NCBI GenBank assembly: GCA_037447605.1
Contig: CM074808.1
Location: 744,001 to 808,000 of the forward strand
Length of the DNA: 64,000 nt
Reading direction: 5' to 3'
Origin: Zygnema circumcarinatum SAG 698-1b
Lineage: Eukaryota > Plantae > Zygnematophyceae
Part shown: piece after piece, positions 35,883 to 47,550 of the stretch
Layout: the number at the start of each line of letters is the position of its first letter
How positions within the stretch are numbered: position 1 is the first letter of the stretch
Made by a program: the position numbers and the translations under genes
Notes under the pieces: model-generated
What the model was told of the DNA's origin: nothing
Seen by the model: only the letters and a program-made list of their open reading frames with translations
Databases searched by the model: none

Positions 35883-38800
35883 TTGCTTTCAGGAAATTCA
35901 CCGATATTCGATGGAATCCATTCAAGCGCAGGGGGAAATCTTTTCTCTTTCAAGGGGAGGCCCCTCAGGGAGGGACTGGGCGGCGCCTTTGCGGGAAGAG
36001 GACACGTGGCAGGGGGAGAGAGGTCGCTGCGGTACCTCGTGACTGGCGCTAAAGGACAAATTGGGTCGGAATTCGTTCCGTATCTTCGAGAGAGGTGGGC
36101 TTTCACCTGAAAATAAAACTTTTTTTCCTCTTTTCGGTATCTTTTAGTAATTTGAATTTCTTGAGTCAGCTTGATAATAATTTTTTGATTTAATTAAATT
36201 ATTTATTCCTTGAGAATAGATTGATACTGCGTAATGTTCAAAAAATCTCAATAATCAATAATGAGCTTAAAAAGAGGGTGGTGCAATGCAGGGTGGGGGC
36301 AGGGTCGGTATTGGCCTCGGATGTAAACTTTTGCCCCTCCCTCGGCGGAGAAGAGAGTGACTGTTTTGTGAAGTGTGACGTGACGAGTTACAGAGAGATC
36401 GAGCACATCACGCGCGAACATCACATCGACTACATCATTCATTTTGCATCACTTCTCTCCGGTGACTCTCTGCTGCCTCTTCCAATTAAGAAAAAAAAAC
36501 CAAAAATTACATATATTTTTATATGTGTGTACATATATATACATGTATGTGAATGCCTTTATTCATTGTTGTGCTATGATAAGAATTCATCTCAGATTTT
36601 CGAAACGTTCAAGGGCTGCAGCTGCAGGCGAGAAGGACCCCGAGCGTGCCCTCAAGACCAATGTGATGGGTATTCAGGTGAGCGGAATTTCACCACTAAT
36701 GTTCAGTTTTTCAATCTTGTTGCTTTACTTTTGAATTTTTCGCTACTGATTTCCGTTTTTGATTAAGTCTCTGCCCTTTCAACCACTGTCTCTCATGCAG
36801 AATGTTCTGGAGGTAGCCAGAAAGCACAAATTGAGTGTGTTTGCTCCAAGTTCCATTGCTGTGTTTGGGCCCACAACCCCAAAGTTAATGACACCAGACA
36901 TCACAGTTACCGAACCGACAACTATCTACGGAATCACAAAGGTGGAGTTTACATGTACTGTGTGCTGCTACCCACAAAGCATTCTTCAATCTGCATCAAA
37001 GTCATAGCCTTTCTTCTACTTGATCCCCCCACACAACCACAAGGGTCCGAAAATACTTCCACCTTCTACTCCAGGCTCTGTCAAATTACTGCAATGTGGA
37101 GTTGGGACAATGCTAAGTTGTTCATACAATATGTGATAAGTTTTCGACATGTTATGCATATGGAGAAGTTATTCAAGCACTAAAAAATCCTAAATTCAGG
37201 GAGCAGATGCACCTTGAACTTTTGGGGCGCTACTACAAGCGGGTGCATGGGGTCGATTTCTGCTCTCTGCGTTACCCGGGAATAATATCTGCGAAGACAA
37301 AGCCGGGTGGAGGCACAACAGACTATGCCGTTGAGATTTTTCATGGAGCGCTGAGAGATGGGTCCTACAGTTGCTTTTTGGTACGTTCACACTAGTACTG
37401 GTTTTGGGACTTAATCATGACATGCAGTACTGCACCATGCATCATCCCTTGCATCCATGGTATAGCATGGGTATGTGCAAAAAAGCTTTGCAAGAACTGA
37501 AATTTTTGAATCTCATCCCTTTAGTGGGAGGGTCAACAGGAACCCCATCAGGAGCTGCCCATGATGTACATGCGTGACTGCCTCAAGGTATGCAGTCCCA
37601 TTTTTTTTTAACTCGTTTCACCATCCCCATATTCTTTAGTGAGCCCGTACTTGTCCTGCTCATAAGTTGCTGCCAACCTCTGAGAGAAAATTATTATGTC
37701 GTGATCACATATTGTGCTGCTCTTTTTTTTCAGTCAGAGACTTGTGAGGAGGAATGCCGAAACGTAAGGGTAATAAACGGGGGGTCTCCATAAACTAAAG
37801 TAAACCATATGGGTTATTACTATTCTCTGGGGAGGAGTTAGGGTTATTGGGCTTCACAGCATACTACCACCTCTCGGTTGTAGACAGATAGCTGCTTTCC
37901 TTTCTCACAATGCGTCGTCTTTTGTGTCTCGTCCTCTCTTCCTTTGAAGGCAACCTTTGCCATCATCCGTGCACCTCCGGAGCAGCTTACTCAGGTGCTC
38001 CACCCTCCCTGTTACAACAGATACAAACAAGCAGCCCAATATCTCGATACTATACCGTGAAATGCTGAACTAAACACTAGATAAAGCTTAACAGATTAGG
38101 CTTCTTTCCTTGGCGCAATCGCACTAAAAAATGGAGAAATGCCGCATTTTCTCATTCAAGTGTTTACATGAGATTCTGACCAAAGCATTCGCAGGGGCAT
38201 CAAATGAATAGACTGTATACAATGTGGCAGCGATGAGCTTTAACCCTACCGACCTTGCAAGAGCCATTCAGAAACGGATCCCATACTTTCAGATGCGCTA
38301 TAAGCCGGACTTCCGCCAGGTACCGCTTCTTTCCTCACCCACAAAGGTTTCAAAACTTTCCCCCCTCTTCAAGCCCCGAATACAGAATGACCCTTCTGTT
38401 TAAGGTAAAATATCAGCGCTTTCCCTTGCTATTTCGTTGATGATGGTGTGCGATTGAGCAGGGCATTGCGCAGACGTGGCCGAGATCCATTGACGACACC
38501 TGTGCAAGAAAGGACTGGGGATGGCATCCTGATTATGACATTCAGGTAGAATTCAGGGAGAATTTCGCCATCCTATGAAGTAAATCGTGCAGTTTTCGTC
38601 TCTCCTCTCCTCTTTTGCACAGACAGCAGACCTCTGTAAGCTCAAGTATCTCAAAAAGCGAGCTTGCCACCTCGAATTCAACTACCAAATGCTTTCATCA
38701 AACGGCAGAGAAATTGTGAGATGTGGAGGCCTTAAGCTTTTTATCTCCACGCCCTTGATGAGGGCTGAATTGGGGCCTGGTCGGTGCAGGACACGGTCGA

Positions 38801-38897
38801 TGACATGCTGGCGGAGCTCGACCCCCTCTATAAATTCGAGGCAGCTTGTTCTTCAAGCTCATCGGAAGTCGCCGTCGCGACCTCGTTTTCTTGTTAA
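35883..38897 (+). CDS. TDH: L-threonine 3-dehydrogenase, SDR/NAD-dependent epimerase-fold type (5' end in gap), about 9 exons
   Basis: [11 protein letters not shown] (Rossmann), [43 protein letters not shown] (YxxxK), SLRYPGIIS...[55 protein letters not shown]. Confidence 0.93.
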
Positions 38898-39791
38898 ACA
38901 AAACGTAGGAACGGAGGAACTCTTTTGCCTTTGTACATGTTGTACATGCATGCAACCTTCATGTGTTGATATGTTCGAATCGTTGTCATGAAAATGATTG
39001 TACATTGTAAATTTCTAGTTTTAGGAGAATTTAGATTAGCACCATTGTGAAGAACTAACGAGTCCCTTATTTTAGAAGTGGTTTGAAACAAGTGTGTAGT
39101 CAGTGTATGTTTTGTGGATATTTGGAGTTGACACTAGAAGCTAGGCATGTCGAGTTGTGCATCACTAAATAGTGCATGAGGACCATGTGTCTAGAGATAA
39201 TGCTCAACATCTCTTTGTTAGATTCATTCGATAGGCAGAACAGCGCTAGGAGATTCAGATTAGGACATTCACATTGTTCGTAACACGGGCAGCATGCAAG
39301 ATGCCCATTGATAATACTTTCGAGACTTGCCTTTGCTCGCAAGAAGCACTCCCAAGGTTGTGCGCAAGGTTTCCTTGGAAGGTTGGGTGAACATTGCTAT
39401 CCGATTCTTCACAGGTTGCATGCATGTTGTTGAGGAATTGCGGACAACATTGCATGTGGCGTCTAGGAATGGTTTCATGCAATCGAGGTCCTCGCCAGCC
39501 AGGACGAATTCGGAAAGTATCGACTGGTATCTTCCGTATTGGTCGTATCGGTCGATCTTCCAAAATTTACAGTTTGACGGGAACAGAACTGTAACTGAGA
39601 CTGCAGAAGGAACGGATGCCATATAACTGGAAACAAAAACCGTTATGCGCACCCCCCAGAGGCGAAACCCTACAAGCCTTTTTAGGGCTGCTTGAAGGAG
39701 AAGCGCTTTCCGCCCTCCGCCTGGAGAAGGGAAGGGGGAGGAGCACAGAGAGGGAGGAAGAAGAGCTGCAAAGGCTGTTGCTGTCGCCGCC

Positions 39792-41858
39792 ATGGCGCTC
39801 TTCATGGACAACGAGGAGGCAGCGGAGGCCTTGAACTTCGCTGGAGACGACGCGGACTTGTTGGGCCTGAGAAGCATGATGGAGGAACCGCCCGAGGAGA
39901 CGGCGGAGCTTCTCAAGGTGCGCTGCTCGTCTTCCTCAAATTCTAAACATTTACATTATACTTTTCTTGCATTGATTGACATCCTGGAAGGATTTCCTGT
40001 GCACTGAGAAGTATGTTGCATGGGAGGCAGTGCAGGAGCAGGGCAACATGGCCCTAAAGAAAGGGCACAAATATTACAAGATCGCGCTGAAGTATTACAG
40101 TGATGCCATTGATTGTAAGGGGAGCAATGACGCCAACAATTCCGTTTATTTTGCGAATAGGGCACAAGTGGAGCTGCTTTTAAGGAATTATGGGAGAGCC
40201 CTGAAGGATAGCGAAGCAGCCATCCAGCTTAATCCCGATAATGTGAAGGTTAGCTGGATTCTCTCTAAAATATTGAACTGGAAGTCTTAAACCCCGCCCA
40301 AACATGAACTTGAGCTGCCTTCAGTTAATTTTCTGTATATTACAAGAGCTGGATTATTGGGAGCATCAGTATGAATTCCACCTCACTATTTATGTTTAGT
40401 GCGAGGCAGGCTTACTATCGAGCATCAAAGGCGGCTCTTGCAATCGAGTCCTTTCAAGTTACAATCGATCATTGTAAGGCTGGGCTTCTCCATGACCCTA
40501 CTAATGAAGAGCTTAAGAAGATCCAACAGCAAGCAGAAGAAAAGTTGGCAGCAGCAGCAAGCAGGGCCGAAAAGGCTGCCTCCATCAAGGCTGTGGCACA
40601 GGTATGCGCAACTCGAATACTCGTATTCTACGGTTGAGTAATCTCTGCATTCAACTTCAAGGCTTCTATCCTCCCTATGTTCTGAGCCGGATGTTTACTG
40701 TGCTTTGCTGGGTGGGAAGAAAGGCACTGGCAACAGCAATACAGCAGCGCGGCATCTGTCTTGGCCGATCCCTTTACAAAGAGCATACGGGAGGTCGGAA
40801 GCCATGGCTTGATTCTAGCGGGATGCTGCACTGGCCAGTGGTGCTGCTTTATCCGGAGTCTATGACGAACGATTTCATTGAAGACTTCTGTGAAACGGAC
40901 CTTCTCGTTAATCATGTTGATGTCATATCCTTTTTCAACTCCTATTTTTTTCATTTTGAAGGAACGTAGTAAAATACTAGTGAGGACAGTAACCTTCACT
41001 TCTGGTTAGGCAGTTGCCCTTGACTTGCTGCACATGTTCAATGAGGAGGCGCCCCCCCTGGTGTGGGATGAGCAGCGGCAGTACAGACACAATACTGTGG
41101 AGTTCTATTTTCAGGTAAACTTCGACCCGTCCTTTCATAAAGTTTGGAAAGGGGTGAAGCTACTTTCGGGATAGATGCAAATCACGTGAACTGTAACAGA
41201 TTCTGGCATGCTTATTTTCCCACTGCTTGTTTTCATATTGGTGTTTCCTGCAGGCGAATACAACGGAGCGTTTGAAAAAGTCACAGATTTCTCGCTCCTT
41301 CATGGAAGACCAGGGTGGAGTGCAGCTGGAACCTTCTGACGCTGATGGTAGTGAGGAGGCAGCGGACGGGCCTGATTGGTCTGGTCAGTGATTCTGCCCG
41401 TTGAACGTCCAGAGAGATGTTAGAGCGTGCTCTGGGAAGTAGAGGACAGAGTCTTGCGCAACCATTTGGGGAGATGTGAAGGGGATCCATTTTTTTCGTG
41501 TGGCTGCAGAGAGAGGAGAGAAGAAATGGGTACAGGTGATGCGCCGAGCGTCCTTAAGCTCGATACTCTCACAACCAGGCCATGTGGTTCCAGGGGTACC
41601 AGGTAAGGGATGTTCATTTTTAGTTTGTTGGTTTATAAGATGTATGTCCGCAACAGGGATCGAAGTTTCACACGGACTCCTAAATTCACAATGCTAAGTG
41701 GCCCAATGTCCCTTTTGAACAACGCACATGTCATCTAGTTTCCTTTCTAATCTATTCTCTAACCGAAGGCATTTGGAGGATGTGCAGTGTTCTTCGTAGT
41801 GGCCAAAGGGACGGCTTTTCGAGATTTGTTTCTCTCAGGAAAGTGGACACCTCCATGA
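39792..41858 (+). CDS. TTC4: TPR co-chaperone TTC4/Cns1-like, multi-exon
   Basis: MALFMD..., KEQG-like TPR start with ALKYYSDAI, YFANRAQVELLLRNYGRALKDSEAAIQLNPDNVKAYYRASKA, and wheel domain LHWPVVLLYPESMTNDFIEDFCE, HVVPG.PVFFVV. Confidence 0.9.
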
Positions 41859-42209
41859 GACTGGACGGCCGACAAAGTAGTGATGTAGGATGGCCGGTGG
41901 AAACATAAGTAGTTTTTTTAGGAACTTCAGAAGGCGCTTGCCTCTGCCACCATGTCACCTTTGGAGGGAATAAAGTTGCTCGTACCATTATCCATTTCCA
42001 AAGTTACATTATCTGACATGTTGTAGTCCCAGCGTCACATATCGACCTCCTTGAGATGTAACAAAACGCTAAGCATAACGCCATCCATCCGTGCTTGGAG
42101 ACATGCCTTCTGAACCAACTCACCAACCGACCGCACATGCAGTGTCAAACCGCAATACCACGCTTATTCTTACAAACAAAGGTGAAGTAAAGCAAATTCA
42201 ACACTTACA

Positions 42210-42992
42210 CTAGCACTCTTCCGTTATGTCGTTTGCAGTGCCGAGCAAGCGTCCATCAGTTGGCGTTAAATGTGGGATGCCCTCAATTATCTGATCAGTC
42301 ACCGGTTCTCTGTCGGCAGGTGTCAGCGTCATTTTAAAACAGATAAGTACACAAACAGATAATTAAACTACTTCAGAGTAATTTCTGTTCTGTTTTTATA
42401 CATCCATGGCGGCTGTCAAGCCAGAAAACAAAGCAGGTGAAGAAAGCGCACCGGATATGCCACGTCGAGAGAGTCATTTACAAGCGCTTTCAACTCCACA
42501 TCGTATCTGGATGCACAGTTCAGATAAAAGAAAAAAACACCATAATGCACATCAAAACACTCAGCATGCTCTAACTGCAGCAATGCACGATACTAGGCTC
42601 CTTTGTACAAACTGCGCCAAAACATAGCAGCAAGAAATTCCATCAATCGCCGCTTCCTACTATGTTTCACTTTCGCACTTGTTCAAAGGCGTCGCTCTCA
42701 TTCCCTTCCAAAATTTACTCCTAGCCATTAAAGAAAAAAAAGGGATACAATTCGTTGGAAAAAAAAGGAAAAAATACCGTAAAGGCTGCTTCGACAAAGG
42801 GCACACCACATACTGCAGAAGCGCTTCGTCAAACTCCTCCTTCCTCTGCATTTCTGACAGCCTCCGGCTGCCGCCGAGAGGAAGCGATAGAACATCGGCT
42901 CCCCCGCCGGTCCAATGACTTACAAAGGAGCTCCATGGCAGGGCCTGCCAGCCTCTCCTTGCAGGCGGCAGGAGCACCTTTAAGGCAGCCAT
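42210..42992 (-). CDS. PREY/PYURF (Trm112-like, UPF0434) small mitochondrial protein, 3 exons
   Basis: Basic N-terminal presequence, then FDEALLQYVVCPLSKQPLR|YDVELKALVNDSLDVAYP|IIEGIPHLTPTDGRLL*. Confidence 0.88.
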
Positions 42993-43173
42993 GGCGGGCC
43001 CTTCCCTCCCCTCGCACCGGACAACAGGGGGCGCCACTTTATGGAAAGCGTAACTTTACGGAAGGTGATTACTTTATCAAATGTGATGGCAATGTAAAAG
43101 GAGGTGACGTACTTCCCGTACAGAATCCCATACGGTCACCATACAGTACAGTACAGTACTGTATTGTACTGTA

Positions 43174-43769
43174 CAGTAGGACCCCGTCATATTTTCCACC
43201 ATCAAAAGTGCGTCCCCAAGAAATTCGCCCCGATTTAGCCGAAACCACCTTTTTGTACGGTAACTTGTGTTAGCCGTACTATTCGTACTAACCGTACAAA
43301 CCGTACTAACCGTACTAACCGTACTTCCCGTACTAGCTGTACTAGCCGTCACGGGCTTACGCAAAACTAACCTATTCTCCCCGCACGTGCCGCCGTAAGA
43401 GGCGCTCGCTCTTCTCCACTTCTTCTTGGCTTCGATACGATACGATACGTCCCGATACGGTACTATCCGTACTAGCCGTACGAGCTGTAGTAGCCGTTAC
43501 GGGCTCGAAGCTTTTTGGTTTGCTGCCTGAGTAAACGCTAAGGCGTGCTTTATGTACTGTATGCGGTTTGCCACGATACGATACGGTACGATGAGGTGCG
43601 ATATGACAGAAAACGATACGATGCGGTACGGTACGGTACGTACGAACATACATGAACTCTAACATAATTCCGCTCGCCTATTGGTAACACGGACCTTATA
43701 TTTGCCAAATACAATATTTTCGCCCGATTTTTGCCAAATGTAGGTGGAAAATATGACGGGGTCCTACTG
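43174..43769. mobile_element. 596-bp pogo/Tc1-mariner-type MITE
   Basis: Perfect 27-bp TIR CAGTAGGACCCCGTCATATTTTCCACC / GGTGGAAAATATGACGGGGTCCTACTG; TA on both flanks (43172-43173, 43770-43771); interior rich in CGTAC/GTACTA repeats; no transposase. Confidence 0.9.
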
Positions 43770-43886
43770 TACTCTAGCGTACGGTCATTATATGTACGGT
43801 CAACTCAAATTTGGCGGGAAATTCGAGGTACAAAATCTGGCGCGAAACGAAAGTTAGGGTTTGCTTGGTGCGCCTTCTTCCGCAAT

Positions 43887-44100
43887 GGAGGGGAGCGGGA
43901 GGGAGCGGGAGGGAGAGGGAGGGAGAGGGAGAGGGAGAGGGAGAGGGAGAGGGGGAGGGAGAGGGAGAGGGAGAGGCAGTGGGAGAGGGAGGGAGAGAGA
44001 GGGAGAGGGAAAGGGAGTGGGAGAGGAGGGGAAGGTAAAGGAGAGGAAGGAGAGAGGGAGAAGGGAAGGCGAGAGGGGGAGAGAGAGAGTGGAATACAGA
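43887..44100 (+). repeat. Polypurine (GGGAGA-like) tract of about 210 bp just 5' of the WD40 start codon
   Basis: Near-pure G/A ending about 30 bp before ATG 44131. Confidence 0.9.
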
Positions 44101-44130
44101 AGAAAGATATTTTGTTGCCTGACGGCAGTA

Positions 44131-46953
44131 ATGGCTGCCAACTCTTCAGCGTACAAACGGGGAGGAGGATCTCTGCAGGAAGTAAGAGAGAGCAAGCGGC
44201 TGAAACAGACGCGTCTGGCGGACCTCTTTCTGCCATCCAAGCACCAGAACCGGGTACTGGCTACAAAAATTGACTCAAAGCCTGAGGTTATTTGTCCTCT
44301 AAAGATATCTGAAGAGAGCAGCATCGTGCAGAATTATAGTCCTGGCCATTTTGGAAACGATGCACCTCCCGGCCGTGACTTTCTGTGTACTGTGGACAAC
44401 ACGAAGGAATCGGCTGCGTTGGCAAGTGAAACAGGGGGAGTTTACTGCTCCCACGCAGGTGGAGAAAACGAAACGTTACCAGGACCACAGTGTCAGGAGG
44501 GAGAAGCTCTAGTTTGCTCTCCTGTTATATCTCTTTCTTCACTTAGTGGCTCTCTTTCACAGAGGTGCGGGGTTGTAAGCATGCTCGATATTGACCCCCT
44601 TCCTTCCGAGAAACCGACTGATATGTCTATAAGTACATACCGTGATAACTCACCTCCTGCAGTTCAGTCGTCAAACTCAAACGTACCCATAGAAACTTGG
44701 AAACCTGGTAAGATGGCGAAAACAGCAGCAGCTTCAGCTCAACAGCGTGGAGCACCACTCTCATCTTATGAACAAGAACGGTTGGATAGAGTAAAGCGGA
44801 ATGAAGAGTTTTTGCGGAGTCTTGGCATCGATCATGATATGAAAACTTTCAACACGGAGAAGAAGAAAATGCCCTCAAAGAAATCTCAGCCGAAACGACC
44901 GTCTGTACCATCTGGCCCACTTCGTAGGAGTTCTCGGATTAGTGGTCTCGTAGGAGAGGGAGGTACACCATCAATAGACAAGAGTAATATAGATTCAGGG
45001 ATAAATGGAGACACGGTGGCGGTAACTGATCCGGAGCCAATTGAGTATGTAGATACGTCAATATTTCGATACATTTGTGAAGAAAGTCCAACAACCAGCA
45101 TTCTAAAGCCTCACGTTGATGGCCCACGACGGCTTCTCGGTTTTCAAGTGCTTAAAGGGGAACTCCGAGACAGCTCGCTTTCCAAAATATATTCTATGGA
45201 TGTCTCCCATGGGCCACGGCCTTTGTTGGCTGCTGCAGGTCATCTGGGAAGTATTGCAGTCTTTCCTGCTTGGGATTTTGCACAGGAAGGCACTTGCAAC
45301 CAGGAAGGCGATCATAATGAGGAGCATTCCCAGTTAAATGACGGAGATATAGTGGAGCCTTTATTGTCGTGGAGGGCTGGAAGGGGTTGGATATCGCAAG
45401 TTCAGTTTCTTTTGGATCAGTTTCTGGTGCGCCCCAAAACCTGTGCTTTGATCCGTTGAAGGAAGTGACAGCTGTTTCAAAGTTCTTCTAACTCTTTGGA
45501 AAAAGGCCTCCTGAAATTGGTTTATTTCGCAACGCCTGTTTTCAGCATTAAAAGACTCGAGCTTGGCGAACAGAATTGATGGAAGCATGAGAGTAAACCG
45601 AAGCAAACTTCTACTGAAAACGACTTCAGTTGAATGGAAAGGCGGCATTTTTTGGCCATCTGCCACTCTTTAGCTCTAAATTTCGCCTTTCCGCTGGCGT
45701 GAGGGTGAATGTCTGCAGGAAGAGGCAACTCTGCTGCTATCTAGTTCCAACGATCACACAGTTGTGCTGTGGAATTTGAACAAAGAGCAGCAGCAAATAG
45801 GGACAAAGCGAAACTGCAATCCGTGCATAGTATCGCAGACGGACTCCCTCCATTCCCAAGGCATTTTCGGAATGCATGAAAAAGGGCTGAGGCTGATGAC
45901 TGCTTCTAAGGATCATACTCTTGTCTACTCTACAATTGGGCCAGCTTCCATCACTAAGGAACGTACCATTGAAGGTCACCATGAATCACCTCTTAGGAGC
46001 GTCCGCTTCAGGTGCATATCCGAGCTTCCTTTTCTAAAAACATTGACGATGGTTTTAGGCAATGAGTCGAAAAGGGCATGCGAACATGCACTTGCTGCGT
46101 ACAACGTAGTGCACTTTTTCCAGGACCAGCTTAATGCTCCAGACTAAGGGCCCCTGGGATCTTGGCTACTTGGATGGATTGCTCGAGTTTGAGGGCCAGA
46201 AGCAGAATGCAGGGTGTATTCTGTTTGTGCTGTTCTACAGTGTGACAAGGTTTTAAAAAAGAAGTGAAATGAAGTGAACTTGCATGCGATTTGTTTGAAT
46301 GCCGCTCACGGATCTGTTCGCTTTAGACGCATGAAATAAAGTTACACTTCTCCACCTTACCTCATGCAGCCTGCAGTTGACTCAATTTTAGCAATCATTC
46401 CCCATCTTTCGTCTTCTATTCTGCCATCTAACGTTCGCGAGAAGACCCGTTTGTACACAGGGATTTCAACATCCTCGCCGACAGTGGAGCAGATGCAAAC
46501 ATCTGCCTCTTGGACTTGCGACTTCAGAATGCCTGTACACTCACCATGAGTGGTGACCATGCTTCAGCTGTCAATGTGGTTCAATGGCATCCCACCAATG
46601 AGCATCTCCTTCTCTCTGCAAGCCACGATCCGCACATCCTTCTCCATGATGTACGATTTCCTTCTCGGCCTCTTCAAAAACTTTCTGGACATATGAGCCC
46701 TACTGTAAAGCGCAGCCGCCAGATATATCGACCAGCCTTCACATGGAACGGGAAGGCTGTGGTAACTTCAGGAGAAGGGTCAAAGAAGCTTTCTCTATAC
46801 GATGTGGACAGTGGAAAAACCATTAGTAGAGGCCATGTAGGACATGATGCCAGCTTGGTCATGGACGACTGCAGGCAGGACTGCACAGGGAGTCTATGGA
46901 TGGCTGGGAAAGCTGTAGTTCAGTTAGCACCGTTATGGCAATCGGAGGACTGA
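44131..46953 (+). CDS. WD40-repeat protein with WDR76/Cmr1-like N-terminal motif, multi-exon
   Basis: LSSYEQERLDRVKRNEEFLRSLGI and LRRSSRI motifs; WD blades KIYSMD, SSSNDHTVVLWNL, HSQGIFGMHE..MTASKD, DVCICTW, HASAVNVVQWHPTNEHLLLSASHDPHILLHD. Confidence 0.7.
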
Positions 46954-47550
46954 GGCAATCGAGAGAACCCTCTATCCCGTCCGTTTGGAGGCTTTCTTGT
47001 AGTTCTATTGTGTATAGCTCTTTTTCACGACAGTAGGCTGAGCCTTGCTCTTTGTTCGAAGAATGGGTCCATTCCTAAGAAAAAAGCGAGCAGCTTTTCA
47101 TCCAATGAGCACACGTTCGCCTAGTCGACTGTTGCGGTGCCAAAACTCTCTGTACTTTATTGTCAGGAAATACAATGAACAAAACGAGAGGTACTTGACT
47201 GATATATTCTCTTTATTCAGATATCAATGGAAGTGGCAGTACATCATCGAAAACTGTTTACAATTGTGACATGTGCCAGAACGTGTCCACTATAAAAACC
47301 TTGTCCTTCAGGCCCTTCTTTTGAGTTCAAGACTGAGAGGGCTCTCTCTCTCCCTGCACATTCCCCCGTCGAAACGTCACCCTGTCAGCCATATCCCATT
47401 CGGAAGTCGGTGGCTCTGCCTGCCCTCCACCTCCCCCCTGGGCCCACTGTACTTTCCGACTTCTCTCTCACTGATTTCATTCTTCGCCGAGGGACAGACC
47501 CTGGAGCATGGTCCATGGCCTCTCCATCGCCCCATCTGCACCCACATGCA

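Noticed and set aside
39269-39916. 215-aa minus-strand ORF
   Set aside because: Its 5' part is antisense to TTC4 exon 1 and the remainder has no recognisable motif.
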